Below, in pieces: positions 37,664 to 48,328 of a DNA stretch of 64,000 nt. This stretch comes from Candidatus Cloacimonadales bacterium (GTDB lineage Bacteria > Cloacimonadota > Cloacimonadia > Cloacimonadales > JAIOQZ01), in contig OY771587.1 of assembly GCA_963674825.1 (NCBI GenBank), positions 1,024,001-1,088,000 on the forward strand. The letters run 5' to 3'. The notes under the pieces are model-generated. The model was not told the DNA's origin. It searched no databases and was given only the letters and a program-made list of their open reading frames with translations. Both the position numbers and the translations under genes were made by a program. How positions within the stretch are numbered: the stretch's first letter is position 1; each line of letters opens with the position of its first letter.

Positions 37664-39826
37664 TCATTTTCCTCCGTCGATACGCTCTACGTGCAATACT
37701 TTGGGCAGTCTGCGCAAGGTGCGATAGACCTGATCGAGTTCCTCTCGGTGCTGTATTCGGAATGAAAACCAACCACGCGCACCCTCGACATCATGGTCCA
37801 TGCGCGCTTCGGTTAATTCGATGTGCATGCGGGAGAAGGCGTTGACGATCTCCTTCAGCATGTTCCGGCGATTCTTCGATAGAACCATGAGTTGCACGGT
37901 GAAGCCGGTCTTGCTCCCAGCCGCAGGACGATCCCACTGCAAGGGGATAATCCGCTCCGTTTCGTCGATCAGTAGCTTGCGAAATCCCTTGTTGGGGCAA
38001 TCTTTACGATGCACGGTGATACCTCTTCCGCGCGTGGTGTAACCCACGATCTGATCGCCGGGAACCGGATTACAGCACTTTGCGTAATGAATCAGGAGAC
38101 TGTCGATCTGACCGATGCGAACGCCCTGAAACTCGTGCATTTCTTTAGAACCGATTTCGAGATCGGTATCACAGGTATCGTCCTCTTTCCGCATTGCGCA
38201 GACTGCATCGTAGAAGTCGGCAAACAAGAGCGATCCCTTTCCCAATCTCGCGAAAAGCTGATTTTCATCGGTGATCTTCATCTGCTTCAGAATCGCACTG
38301 AATTCATCGTCACCCAGCTTCAGATGAGCCTTTCGACTGCGTTTATCGAAGATTTCTTTGCCCAGCCGAATCGCGTCTTCCAGCTCACGCCTTCTAAGCC
38401 ATGTTCTCACTTTCTGACGTGCCTTGGACGACTTCATGAATTCCAGCCAGTCCTTACCCGGATTTGGGGTATTGCCGGTGATGATCTCAACCATATCACC
38501 GGTTTTAAGCTCCGTTCGAAGCGGTACGAATTTACCGTTCACACGAGCGCCGATAGTCCTGAAACCTATGCCTGTATGAACCGCAAAGGCGAAATCGACC
38601 GGTGTGGACCCCTTGGGAAGCTTGATGTAATCGCCCTCCGGTGTAATAGCGATGATAATCTCCGGGTAGAGGTTCATCTTGAAATATTCGAGGAACTCGC
38701 TGGCGGGAGAAGTCTCCTGCTGACTGAGCATACTGCGGATCCAGCCGATCTGCTCGTCGAAGTGGTTACCCGACTGAAGTTCTTTGTATTTCCAGTGTGC
38801 CGCGACCCCTTCTTCCGCGATCGCGTGCATCTCTCGAGTACGGATCTGCACCTCGACCACGCGACCTTTTGGCCCGATAAGTCCTGTGTGCAATGACTGA
38901 TAGCGATTCACCTTGGGTCTTGCGATGTAGTCGCGGAAACGATGCTCGAGCGGCTCGTAATTACGATGCAAGATCCCGAGCACCTCGTAGCATTGTCCGA
39001 TCGTATCCACGATGACTCTGATCGCCGCCAGATCGTAGATATCCTCGAAGGGGATATTGCGACTGATCGACTTACGGTAGATGCTGTAGAAGTGTTTGCT
39101 TCTTCCAGTGATCTCCGCTTTGATCCCGGCGTCCTCCAGCAGCTTGGTTACCGGATCGAGAACCATCTTTATGTAGGCTTCACGAGCGTCTTTTTTCTCG
39201 TTTACAAGCAAACCGATCTGCTTGTAAACATCCGGCATCAAATGCTTGAAGCTAAGATCTTCCAGCTCCCAACGCATTCTGGCAAGACCAAACCGGTTAG
39301 CAAGCGGTGCGTAGATGTCCATCGTCTCACGGGCAATGTTGTTCTGGCGATCATCAGTAAGGTAGCCGAGTGTGCGCATGTTGTGAAGTCTGTCCGCCAT
39401 CTTTACAATGAGTACACGGATGTCGTCAACAACCGAGAGCAGAAACTTTCGGAAGTTCTCAGATTGCCGCTTCATGCGCGTATGATGCGTCGCGTAAGCA
39501 TAATGCTGGAGATTGGTAACTCCCTTTACAAGCGTGGCGATCGTATCACCAAATCCTCGACGAATATCCTCTTCAGTACGTTCGGTGTCCTCAAGTACAT
39601 CGTGCAGCAGCCCGGCAGCGACAGTCTCTGTGTCGGAATCCATATCGAGGAGAATCCATGCGACATTGACCGGATGGATGATATAGGGCTCACCCGAGTC
39701 TCGCATCTGGCCTTCGTGAGCCTTGTCGGCAAAGTCGAATACGCTTCGTAGCAATTCGCTTTCCTGCTTTGGTAACGAACCCACCCTATCGAGAAACTGA
39801 CTGATGGCAACATCGCTGCTTTTCAT
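37664..39826 (-). CDS. Bifunctional (p)ppGpp synthetase/hydrolase (RelA/SpoT, long RSH)
   Basis: HD motif LHDVLED, KMADRLHNMRT, YQSLH, EVQIRT, TGS, CC, ACT domains; GGAGG RBS. Confidence 0.96.
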   Translation of the reverse strand: MKSSDVAISQFLDRVGSLPKQESELLRSVFDFADKAHEGQMRDSGEPYIIHPVNVAWILLDMDSDTETVAAGLLHDVLEDTERTEEDIRRGFGDTIATLVKGVTNLQHYAYATHHTRMKRQSENFRKFLLSVVDDIRVLIVKMADRLHNMRTLGYLTDDRQNNIARETMDIYAPLANRFGLARMRWELEDLSFKHLMPDVYKQIGLLVNEKKDAREAYIKMVLDPVTKLLEDAGIKAEITGRSKHFYSIYRKSISRNIPFEDIYDLAAIRVIVDTIGQCYEVLGILHRNYEPLEHRFRDYIARPKVNRYQSLHTGLIGPKGRVVEVQIRTREMHAIAEEGVAAHWKYKELQSGNHFDEQIGWIRSMLSQQETSPASEFLEYFKMNLYPEIIIAITPEGDYIKLPKGSTPVDFAFAVHTGIGFRTIGARVNGKFVPLRTELKTGDMVEIITGNTPNPGKDWLEFMKSSKARQKVRTWLRRRELEDAIRLGKEIFDKRSRKAHLKLGDDEFSAILKQMKITDENQLFARLGKGSLLFADFYDAVCAMRKEDDTCDTDLEIGSKEMHEFQGVRIGQIDSLLIHYAKCCNPVPGDQIVGYTTRGRGITVHRKDCPNKGFRKLLIDETERIIPLQWDRPAAGSKTGFTVQLMVLSKNRRNMLKEIVNAFSRMHIELTEARMDHDVEGARGWFSFRIQHREELDQVYRTLRRLPKVLHVERIDGGK

Positions 39827-40190
39827 TTTCGGACTATCCTCCGAGATACTGTAATGCACGGAACAACGCATTATAAATACGATAGTACGACATAATGATG
39901 CGCATTATGGGGTGTCAATTATTTCCTGAAAACGAAGATTGGCGATTGATGTATATTTACTTGACAATTAGGAATATAAGTTGCTTAGTTAGTATAGTTA
40001 CCGGAATTTCATAGATGAAATGAGTATCGTTTGGTCTTCGATATGTCACTCACGTCAGGAATGAAAAGCATTCCGAAGCCAAGGCTTCGAAAAAAACATT
40101 GACAAGAAACACTTCCTTCGCAATGAATATTGCAAACTGGAAATTCATAGGGTCTTTAATATACTCTACGAAATACTAAGGAGGAAATCT

Positions 40191-43100
40191 ATGTCCAAGA
40201 AATTGTTATTCGTGGCAGCTCTGATGCTCATTGCCGTTTTGGCTTTTGCTCAGCCCTGGCCACCCACGAACTTGGAAGCGAGCGTTGTGAACCAGACAAG
40301 CGTACAACTTGACTGGAATGCTCCTCAAAACCCAGATCAGACCGAACTTCGTTACGATGACGGTGAAAACTATGATGGTATCGGTACCAACTCGGCAAAC
40401 GACTTCGATGTCGCGATCCGTTTTGATACCAGTGATCTGGCTTCTTATGATGGCTACACACTCAATCAGATCGGCTTCTTCCCCCGCTACGAAGACTGCG
40501 AATACTATGTTCGCGTCTGGACCGGTGGAAGCCTTAGCGGCGACACCCTCACTGAAGGTGACCTTGTCGTTGATCAGGCTGTCGATGTCACAATTACCGA
40601 GTGGAACTACATTACACTCGACACTCCGCTGACAATCGACGCTGGCGAAGAACTGTGGATTGGCTATCGCGCTAATACCAACGGCGACCATCCGGCTGGC
40701 TGTGATGCTGGTCCCGCTATTGCTTACAAGGGCGACCTTCTCAACCTCGGTGGCTGGTTCAGCATGGTAACCGACTACCCCACCCTTAACTACAACTGGA
40801 ATATCGTTGGTTTAGTATCTGAAGGACGTACCGGTGGAGAACTTGTTCCGCTTGCTTCTTCTCCTCGCCCTGCTGCTAACACCGAAGCAACCTTCGAACG
40901 TGAATTCGTTCAGGTTGAAAATGCTACCTCTCCGAGAGATCGTGACCTCACCGGTTACTCGATCTATCGTGATGGCGAAGAAATTGCAACCGTTGACGGT
41001 GAAACCCTCACCTACACTGATGCAAACCTCGCTGATGGCACCTACGAATACTACGTTACCGCTCTTTGGGACGAAGGTGAATCAGATCCTTCGAACACCG
41101 TCGAAGCAATCATCCAGGATATGGGATATGCTCTGTATGAAGGCTTTGAAGGTGGCGCCCTGCCGGCTAACTGGACAACCGAATATGTTTCCGGTACAGT
41201 TGACTGGGAATTCCAGGATGGCGGTTACTCCGGACATCCAGAAGGCGCTTACAGCGGTAACTACAATGCTTACATTTACGCCGGCAACTATGATGGCAAC
41301 ACAACCCGCCTGATCTCGCCGGTGCTTGACCTCTCCGGTGAAGCTACCCTTTACTTCTACCATACACAGGCTGTATGGTCTGGTGACCAGGACGAACTCA
41401 CCCTCATGTATCGTACCAGCTCGGACAATGCATGGGAAGCTCTTGAGACCTGGACTGACGACATCTCTGCATGGGAACTTGAAGAGATCGATCTTCCGAA
41501 CCTCAGCTCAACCTATCAGATCTGCTTCGAAGGCTTCCTGAACTACGGCTACGGCATCTGTATCGACGAAGTTATCATTGGTGTTCCCGGTGAAACCGGA
41601 ACCATCGCTGGTACAGTTACCGACGCAGAAACCAATAGCCCGATCCAGGGTGCTACCGTTACCTGCGGTTCCGGCTCCGGCCAGACCAACGCTTCCGGTA
41701 ACTACTCCTTTGAAGTTGGCACAGGCACATACGATGTTACCTGTGTTGCTGCTGGCTATGTAGCTCAGACAGAAAACAACGTGGTCATCACAACCGATCA
41801 AACCACGAATGTTGACTTCTCAATGGTCGCAGCAAGCGACTTCCCGGCTCCGTCAAACTTCACCGCCGTTGTTGAAAACGACGTGAACGTTCACCTCAGC
41901 TGGGCTTCTCCCTACACCGAACTTCGTTACGACGACGGTGAAAACTTTGATGGTATCGGTACCAACTCGGCAAACGACTTTGACGTCGCGATCCGTTTCG
42001 ATACAGACGACCTCTCCAGCTACGATGGAATGTCTCTTGGACAGATCGGCTTCTTCCCCCGCTACGAAGACTGCGATTATTATATCCGCGTCTGGACCGG
42101 CGGAAGCCTTAGCGGCACCACTTTCACCGAAGGTGACTTGGTTGTCGATCAGGCTGTTGATGTGACGATCGACCAGTGGAACTACTTCACTATCGACACA
42201 CCCGTCACTATCGACGCTGGCGAAGAACTGTGGATTGGCTATCGCGCCAACACCGGTGGCGATCACCCGGCTGGCTGTGACGCTGGTCCCGCTATTGCTT
42301 TCAAGGGCGACCTTCTCAACCTCGGTGGCTGGTTCAGCATGGTAACCGACTACCCCACCCTTAACTACAACTGGAATATCGTTGGCTACGCTTCTGGCGG
42401 CCGTGCAAGCGAAGAGCTTGTTCCGATCGCAAGCAAACCGAGACAGATCAACACTGCTTCTCCGTTTGAACAGGAATTCACCAACACCATCACCCCGGAA
42501 CCGATCGATCGCAACCGCGACCTGAGCGGCTTCAAGGTCTATCGTGACGGCGAAGAAATCGCTTACATCGAAGACGCCTTCACCCTCGATTATATCGACG
42601 AAGGTCTCGAACCGGGAACCTACACATACTACGCAACCGCTGTTTATAACAGTGGCGTAAACGAATCAGATCCTTCGAACTCAGCTGACGCTACCATCGA
42701 AGAACTGACCTACCCCGCTCCTGAAAATCTCGTTGCTGACCCGCACGGCATGAACGTGCTGCTCACCTGGGATGCTCCGGGAACCAACCAGGATGCAGTT
42801 GACAGCATCGACGAAGGTTTCGAAACCGGCGCGATCGCTGATGGCTGGTCATTGGTTGATGTCGATAACGACGGCTACAATTGGGAAATTGTCGATACCG
42901 AGTACGGTACACACAGTGGCGATTACGCAATCGCTTCAGCATCGTACATCAACGATATCGGCGCACTTACACCGGACAACTGGCTCATCACCCCGCCGAT
43001 CGCAATCCAGAGCGGTTACGAACTGAACTTCTGGTTATGCGCTCAGGATGCTGACTGGCCTGCCGAGCACTACGAAGTAATGCTCTCAACCGGTGGAATG

Positions 43101-43856
43101 AACCCGAATGACTTCGATGTTACCCTTACTCAGGGTACACTTTCTACAGGTGACTGGGTAGAAGTTAACGTCGACCTCAGCGACTACGCAGGTCAGAATT
43201 GCCGTCTGGCATTCGTACACTGCGATGTTACCGACATGTACTGGATCAAGATGGACGACATCTATGTGAACAACGCACGCGGCGAAGCAGTCTTCGCATT
43301 CAACGCTGAAAAACAGTCCCGCACCCTCAAGGATGATGGTTCCGTTTATGTTGCTCCGATGATGGATCGCAACCGTCCGACCCTCGACTCCTACAACATC
43401 TACCGCGACGATCAGTATCTGGCAACCCAGAACAACGTCAACATCACCGTATGGAACGATGTGAACGTACCTGCCGGTAGCCACAGCTACTACGTAACCG
43501 CGGTCTATACCGATGGAAACGAATCCGATCCTTCCAACACAGAAAATATCACTGGAAACGATCCGGACAACACTCCTCGCTTCACAGAACTGAATGGCAA
43601 CTACCCGAACCCGTTCAACCCCACTACTACCATCGAATTCTCACTTGCTGAGAACGCTCAGGTGACCATCGAGGTTTACAACCTCAAGGGTCAGCTTGTT
43701 CGCACTCTCGCAAACGAGAAGATGGATGCTGGCAACCACCAGGTCGTTTGGACCGGTGACGACAGCCAGGGTAAGAGCGTCGGTAGTGGCGTTTACTTCT
43801 ACAAGATGAAAGCCGGACGCTACACAGCTACCAAGAAGATGATCCTTCTGAAATAG
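40191..43856 (+). CDS. Large secreted adhesin-like protein (duplicated module, FN3-like, carboxypeptidase-regulatory-like, cleaved-adhesin, FlgD-Ig/T9SS-type tail)
   Basis: AAGGAGG RBS, signal peptide, DNWLITP, NYPNPFNP...KKMILLK. Confidence 0.9.
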   Translation: MSKKLLFVAALMLIAVLAFAQPWPPTNLEASVVNQTSVQLDWNAPQNPDQTELRYDDGENYDGIGTNSANDFDVAIRFDTSDLASYDGYTLNQIGFFPRYEDCEYYVRVWTGGSLSGDTLTEGDLVVDQAVDVTITEWNYITLDTPLTIDAGEELWIGYRANTNGDHPAGCDAGPAIAYKGDLLNLGGWFSMVTDYPTLNYNWNIVGLVSEGRTGGELVPLASSPRPAANTEATFEREFVQVENATSPRDRDLTGYSIYRDGEEIATVDGETLTYTDANLADGTYEYYVTALWDEGESDPSNTVEAIIQDMGYALYEGFEGGALPANWTTEYVSGTVDWEFQDGGYSGHPEGAYSGNYNAYIYAGNYDGNTTRLISPVLDLSGEATLYFYHTQAVWSGDQDELTLMYRTSSDNAWEALETWTDDISAWELEEIDLPNLSSTYQICFEGFLNYGYGICIDEVIIGVPGETGTIAGTVTDAETNSPIQGATVTCGSGSGQTNASGNYSFEVGTGTYDVTCVAAGYVAQTENNVVITTDQTTNVDFSMVAASDFPAPSNFTAVVENDVNVHLSWASPYTELRYDDGENFDGIGTNSANDFDVAIRFDTDDLSSYDGMSLGQIGFFPRYEDCDYYIRVWTGGSLSGTTFTEGDLVVDQAVDVTIDQWNYFTIDTPVTIDAGEELWIGYRANTGGDHPAGCDAGPAIAFKGDLLNLGGWFSMVTDYPTLNYNWNIVGYASGGRASEELVPIASKPRQINTASPFEQEFTNTITPEPIDRNRDLSGFKVYRDGEEIAYIEDAFTLDYIDEGLEPGTYTYYATAVYNSGVNESDPSNSADATIEELTYPAPENLVADPHGMNVLLTWDAPGTNQDAVDSIDEGFETGAIADGWSLVDVDNDGYNWEIVDTEYGTHSGDYAIASASYINDIGALTPDNWLITPPIAIQSGYELNFWLCAQDADWPAEHYEVMLSTGGMNPNDFDVTLTQGTLSTGDWVEVNVDLSDYAGQNCRLAFVHCDVTDMYWIKMDDIYVNNARGEAVFAFNAEKQSRTLKDDGSVYVAPMMDRNRPTLDSYNIYRDDQYLATQNNVNITVWNDVNVPAGSHSYYVTAVYTDGNESDPSNTENITGNDPDNTPRFTELNGNYPNPFNPTTTIEFSLAENAQVTIEVYNLKGQLVRTLANEKMDAGNHQVVWTGDDSQGKSVGSGVYFYKMKAGRYTATKKMILLK

Positions 43857-43879
43857 TCTGATAGCTCTGACATAATCAT

Positions 43880-43910
43880 AAACCCGGACCTTCGTGGTCC
43901 GGGTTTTTTT
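43880..43910 (+). terminator. Intrinsic terminator
   Basis: AAACCCGGACC/GGTCCGGGTTT plus T-run. Confidence 0.88.
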
Positions 43911-43939
43911 AATTATCCGTCAGTTCGCTTTCCTCTTCA

Positions 43940-44244
43940 TGGATCGCCAAGTCCTAGCTTGGCATCTCTTTTCTCCCTCGATACGCGTCTGCCCCTTCGA
44001 CTCCGCTCAGGGTGACACAGACGCTACTCGGGATGACACGATAAAAGCTGTTTGTAATGCTGAGTTGTGGGTTCTGCGAAGCAAAAACTCGAATCCCCCT
44101 ATGCGACGCAGGAGCGTATCAAAGCACGACACGGCATGCTATAATTCAACATTCAGTATTTGATTTCATGAGGTCTGAAGACTAATGCGGACGAGGACGT
44201 CCGCGCTCCAATGAAGAAGGGCAGGCACAGAGACCTGCCCCTAC
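43940..44244. repeat. Second REP-like cluster, homologous to 16226-16690
   Basis: 100-bp composite 43940-44039; 44053-44099 unit; CTGG-type REP 44186-44210; GTAG-type REP 44218-44244. Confidence 0.88.
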
Positions 44245-44260
44245 AGCTATGGGATGCCAT

Positions 44261-44286
44261 AAAAAAAAGCCAGGCAATGCCTGGCT
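44261..44286 (-). terminator. Intrinsic terminator
   Basis: AGCCAGGCA/TGCCTGGCT stem, A8 on the left. Confidence 0.8.
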
Positions 44287-44318
44287 AAAAGTTGGTATGA
44301 TATTATTCGGACAATTGC

Positions 44319-45032
44319 TTAGAAGAACCGATTATCCTGTGCGTATGTACGTTTACCGTTCTGAATGTTTTCAGTGATGATCTTGCCGTCGAAGAGATTG
44401 ACGATGCGATGGCTGTATGCTGCATGCGTTGGAGAGTGCGTCACCATCACGACGGTAGTACCGGTATCGTTGAGTTCGGAGATAAGGTTCATGACCTCCT
44501 TACCATGCTCACTGTCAAGATTACCAGTAGGCTCGTCCGCAAGAAGCATCTTTGGGTTGGCAATAACGGCTCTTGCAACCGCAACACGCTGCTGCTGACC
44601 ACCCGAAAGCTGGAGCGGGTAGTGGTTGGCGCGCGGCAGGATGTTCATCCGTTCAAGCATATCGCGAACCATCGTCTTGCGCTTACTGCCCCGGATCCCG
44701 AGATAGACAAGCGGAAGCTCGATATTCTGATATACGGTCAGTTCGTCGATCAGATTGAAGCTCTGGAAAACGATACCGATGTTGATTTTACGGATATTCG
44801 TCCGGCGACGTTCCGAATAGCTCGAAACTTCCTGGTCGCTGAACCAGTATTTGCCCGAAGTGGGAGAATCGAGCATCCCGAGGATGTTCAACAAGGTCGA
44901 TTTTCCGCAACCCGAAGGCCCCATGACGGCGATGAACTCACCTTTACGGACTTCAAAATTCACTTCTTTTAGTGCAGCCGTTTCGATCTCTCTCGTCTTA
45001 TACAGCTTGGTAATTGATTCCATTCGAATCAT
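44319..45032 (-). CDS. ABC transporter ATP-binding protein (MacB/LolD-like)
   Basis: GPSGCGKS, LSGGQQQ, ADEPTGNLD. Confidence 0.95.
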   Translation of the reverse strand: MIRMESITKLYKTREIETAALKEVNFEVRKGEFIAVMGPSGCGKSTLLNILGMLDSPTSGKYWFSDQEVSSYSERRRTNIRKINIGIVFQSFNLIDELTVYQNIELPLVYLGIRGSKRKTMVRDMLERMNILPRANHYPLQLSGGQQQRVAVARAVIANPKMLLADEPTGNLDSEHGKEVMNLISELNDTGTTVVMVTHSPTHAAYSHRIVNLFDGKIITENIQNGKRTYAQDNRFF

Positions 45033-45113
45033 TGAGTAACCTCCGGAAACCTTGTGTCTTTACCCAAAAGCAATTTAACAATCCCATTATCCCGATTGTC
45101 AAGAGAAACCCTT

Positions 45114-47540
45114 CTATTCGTACTGCAAAGCATTCACCGGGTTTGATCTCGCAGCCTTGAACGCCTGCCAGGCGATGGTCAGAAACGCGATTGTAAGTCC
45201 AATAACTGCACCCGACAACAACCATATCCAGCCAACCTGTACGCGATAGGCAAAGCTTTGGAGCCACTTGTCCAGTAAATACCAGGAAATCGGCATAGCG
45301 AAAATTGTCGATATTGCCACCAACCCCATGAATTCACGGGTCATCAGGAAGAAGATATGATGGATCTCTGCACCCATAACCTTCCGGATACCAATCTCCT
45401 TGGTGCGCTGCTCCGCGACAAACACAGAAAGCCCCAGCAATCCCATACAAGCGATGAAGATACAAAGAAACGCGAGGTAACCGAAAATGCGGCCCAATCG
45501 TTTCTCCGCATCGTATTTCTGGTTGATGGAGTCCTCCAGGAACGTGCAATCGCATGGATATTGCGGGATCATCTCTTCCCATGTCCGCTGAATGTATTCG
45601 ATCGTTTCGCGCTGGTTTTCAGCAGATATTTTCACGAACATCGTGGACAGGTTGATCGCGTTTTCGCCACCAAGCAAAACGACAATCGGCTCGATGTTGC
45701 TGTGCAGCGTTCGATAATTGAAATCCCTGATAACCCCGATAACTTTCGTCTCTGCGGCAGGCGTTCCGTCATCGTTGAGACCGAAGCTGATCTTCTTGCC
45801 GATGGGCTCTGTCCAACCATATCGTTTCGCCAGGGTTTCGTTGATCATCACACCACCAGCTTGGTCTGTCTTCATATCTTCTTCGAAGAAGCGACCTTCG
45901 ACAAGCTGATAATCGAGCAACGGTAGATAATTGTAATCTACCCAGAATAGATCCAGCGGTTTTTCGACATAGCCGTCGTCGCTCTCCACAAAAAGCACGA
46001 GCTTTGCAGTCTCATCGCCGGGAATCGAATTCGAAGCACCTGTCCCAAGTATATGTGGGTTCTGCTTAAATGCCTCTTCGAGATTCGGCACTTGCTTTCT
46101 CACTGTCGAATCTTGAAGGCTGAAATAGACAATGTTGTCCTTGCTATAGCCCAGTGGCTTGCTTTGTAGATAGTGAATCTGGTCGAGAACAACCAGTGTA
46201 CCAATAATCATCACCACCGAGATGGTGAACTGAATGAAAACCAATACCTTGCGCAGAGCACTACCGCGTTTGCTTGAGTTGGTGGAGCTTTTTAGTACCT
46301 GAATCGGATTGAACGATGACAGATAAAAAGCGGGATAGCTGCCTGCTACAATTCCGACAAGAATCGTCAGTCCGATGATATCCAACGTCAGCATGTAATC
46401 CTTGAAGATATTGAATTCGATACTCTTGCCGGAAAGCTGATTGAATACCGGCAAAAGCAGTTCCGCTGTGATCACGGCAACAATCAGCGCGATGAAGGTC
46501 ATCAGCAGCGACTCACCCAGGAACTGCCGGATCAGACTGCCACGATCGCCACCGACCGCTTTGCGAATTCCGACTTCCCGTGCGCGTTTGGTTGCGCGAG
46601 CAGTCGCCATATTCATGTAGTTTATACATGCGATCAGCATCATGAAGATACCGACCAGTGTGAAGATTCTTACATAAGCGATATTACCGGTGGGGAGATC
46701 CCAGTCGAGCTTCGAATGGAGATGGATATCGGCCAATGGTGTCAGCATCAGCTGGTAGCTCGAATTGATCTGATCACCGAGCGCTTTCATATACTTGTCG
46801 TAAAAGGCTGGAAAACGATCGAGGAAAATCTGGGGATCGGTCCCCTCTTTCACCATCATGAAGGCCATGTAGCCGATGTTCCAGAAATTCCCTGGAACAC
46901 CTGTATCAAATCGTCCGGGACCGCCAGTCGCCAGTAAAGATGACAGCGAGCACAGTGCGTTGAACTGCAAATGAGCCGTCTTCGGGACGTCTTTCATAAC
47001 GCCTGTAATCGTGTAGTTGAGTCCTGGTCCGTTTTCGAGAACCTTACCCATGGGATTCTCATTACCAAAGAAGCGCTTTGCCATGGATTCAGTGATAACA
47101 ATGCTGAAAGGTTTCGTCAGGGCAGTATTCGGATCACCGTAGATCAACGGATAGGTGAAAACATTGAAAACCGTCGAATCTGCGAGAAAAACACGCCCCT
47201 CCGTCAGCTGCTTTTCGCCGATCTTGAACGTTGTGTTGCCTTTCTCGCGAAATCTGACGATCTCTTCGATCTCGGGGTACTCATCTTTCATCGCCTGTGC
47301 GAAAGGCAGTGAATTAAGCGCGAAGAAGTCATCCTTACCCTGGATGATGAAGTGCGATTCAAGCCGGTAAATCCGCTCGTGGTTGACGTGATGGAGGTCA
47401 TAGGAGAGCTCGTCACGAACAAACAGGAAAATCAGGATCATACTGATGAGACCGATCGAAAGGCCCACAATGTTGATGATCGAATAGAATTTATTGCGCT
47501 TCAGATTCCGAAAAGCTACAGTGAGATAGTTTTTCAGCAT
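45114..47540 (-). CDS. ABC permease (duplicated MacB/FtsX type)
   Basis: REVGIRKAVG and KEIGIRKVMG motifs; NPVNALQYE end. Confidence 0.93.
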   Translation of the reverse strand: MLKNYLTVAFRNLKRNKFYSIINIVGLSIGLISMILIFLFVRDELSYDLHHVNHERIYRLESHFIIQGKDDFFALNSLPFAQAMKDEYPEIEEIVRFREKGNTTFKIGEKQLTEGRVFLADSTVFNVFTYPLIYGDPNTALTKPFSIVITESMAKRFFGNENPMGKVLENGPGLNYTITGVMKDVPKTAHLQFNALCSLSSLLATGGPGRFDTGVPGNFWNIGYMAFMMVKEGTDPQIFLDRFPAFYDKYMKALGDQINSSYQLMLTPLADIHLHSKLDWDLPTGNIAYVRIFTLVGIFMMLIACINYMNMATARATKRAREVGIRKAVGGDRGSLIRQFLGESLLMTFIALIVAVITAELLLPVFNQLSGKSIEFNIFKDYMLTLDIIGLTILVGIVAGSYPAFYLSSFNPIQVLKSSTNSSKRGSALRKVLVFIQFTISVVMIIGTLVVLDQIHYLQSKPLGYSKDNIVYFSLQDSTVRKQVPNLEEAFKQNPHILGTGASNSIPGDETAKLVLFVESDDGYVEKPLDLFWVDYNYLPLLDYQLVEGRFFEEDMKTDQAGGVMINETLAKRYGWTEPIGKKISFGLNDDGTPAAETKVIGVIRDFNYRTLHSNIEPIVVLLGGENAINLSTMFVKISAENQRETIEYIQRTWEEMIPQYPCDCTFLEDSINQKYDAEKRLGRIFGYLAFLCIFIACMGLLGLSVFVAEQRTKEIGIRKVMGAEIHHIFFLMTREFMGLVAISTIFAMPISWYLLDKWLQSFAYRVQVGWIWLLSGAVIGLTIAFLTIAWQAFKAARSNPVNALQYE

Positions 47541-47622
47541 TCATACTCCCATGCCGGTTAGGGTTCATGCCATATGCTTCATTCTGATTTAAATCAGGAT
47601 GACGTTCACTCGAAATCAAAGA

Positions 47623-48312
47623 TTAAAGGTGGAATTCCTTCTCGTCTGTCTTGGTAACGACGTGACCATCAAACAGATGGATGATCCGCTGGCTGTATTC
47701 CGCATCGGTCGGTGAGTGCGTCACCATGACGATCGTGGTTCCTTCCTGATGAAGGCTGGAGAGAAGCTCCATCACCTCTTCACTATGTCCGGAGTCCAGA
47801 TTACCGGTGGGCTCATCGGCGAGGATCAACTTGGGGTTTGTCACTACCGCACGGGCAACCGCCACGCGCTGCTGCTGACCACCAGAGAGCTGCTGCGGAA
47901 AGTGTTTTTTACGATGCGCGATCTTCATCTTGTCCAGCACTGCTTCTACATGTTTCTTGCGTTCGGACGCGCTCATCTTGAGGTATAGAAGCGGCAGTTC
48001 GACGTTTTCGTACACGGTAAGTTCGTCGATAAGGTTGAAGTTCTGGAAAATGAAGCCGATATTGGCTTTGCGCAGATTGGTGCGTTTGCGCTCGTTGTAA
48101 CCGGACACTTCGTGACCGAGGAAGTCCACCTTGCCACTGCTGGGAGAGTCGAGCAGACCGAGGATGTTCAGAAGAGTCGATTTACCGCAACCGGAAGGGC
48201 CCATTACGGATACAAACTCACCTTCCTGGATCTCGATATCCACCTGATTCAAAGCGGTCGTTTCCACTTCATCCGTGCGATACACTTTTGTCAGTTCCGC
48301 TGTCTTAATCAT
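47623..48312 (-). CDS. ABC transporter ATP-binding protein (MacB/LolD-like)
   Basis: GPSGCGKS, LSGGQQQ, ADEPTGNLD. Confidence 0.95.
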   Translation of the reverse strand: MIKTAELTKVYRTDEVETTALNQVDIEIQEGEFVSVMGPSGCGKSTLLNILGLLDSPSSGKVDFLGHEVSGYNERKRTNLRKANIGFIFQNFNLIDELTVYENVELPLLYLKMSASERKKHVEAVLDKMKIAHRKKHFPQQLSGGQQQRVAVARAVVTNPKLILADEPTGNLDSGHSEEVMELLSSLHQEGTTIVMVTHSPTDAEYSQRIIHLFDGHVVTKTDEKEFHL

Positions 48313-48328
48313 GTTGCCTCCAGAAGTA

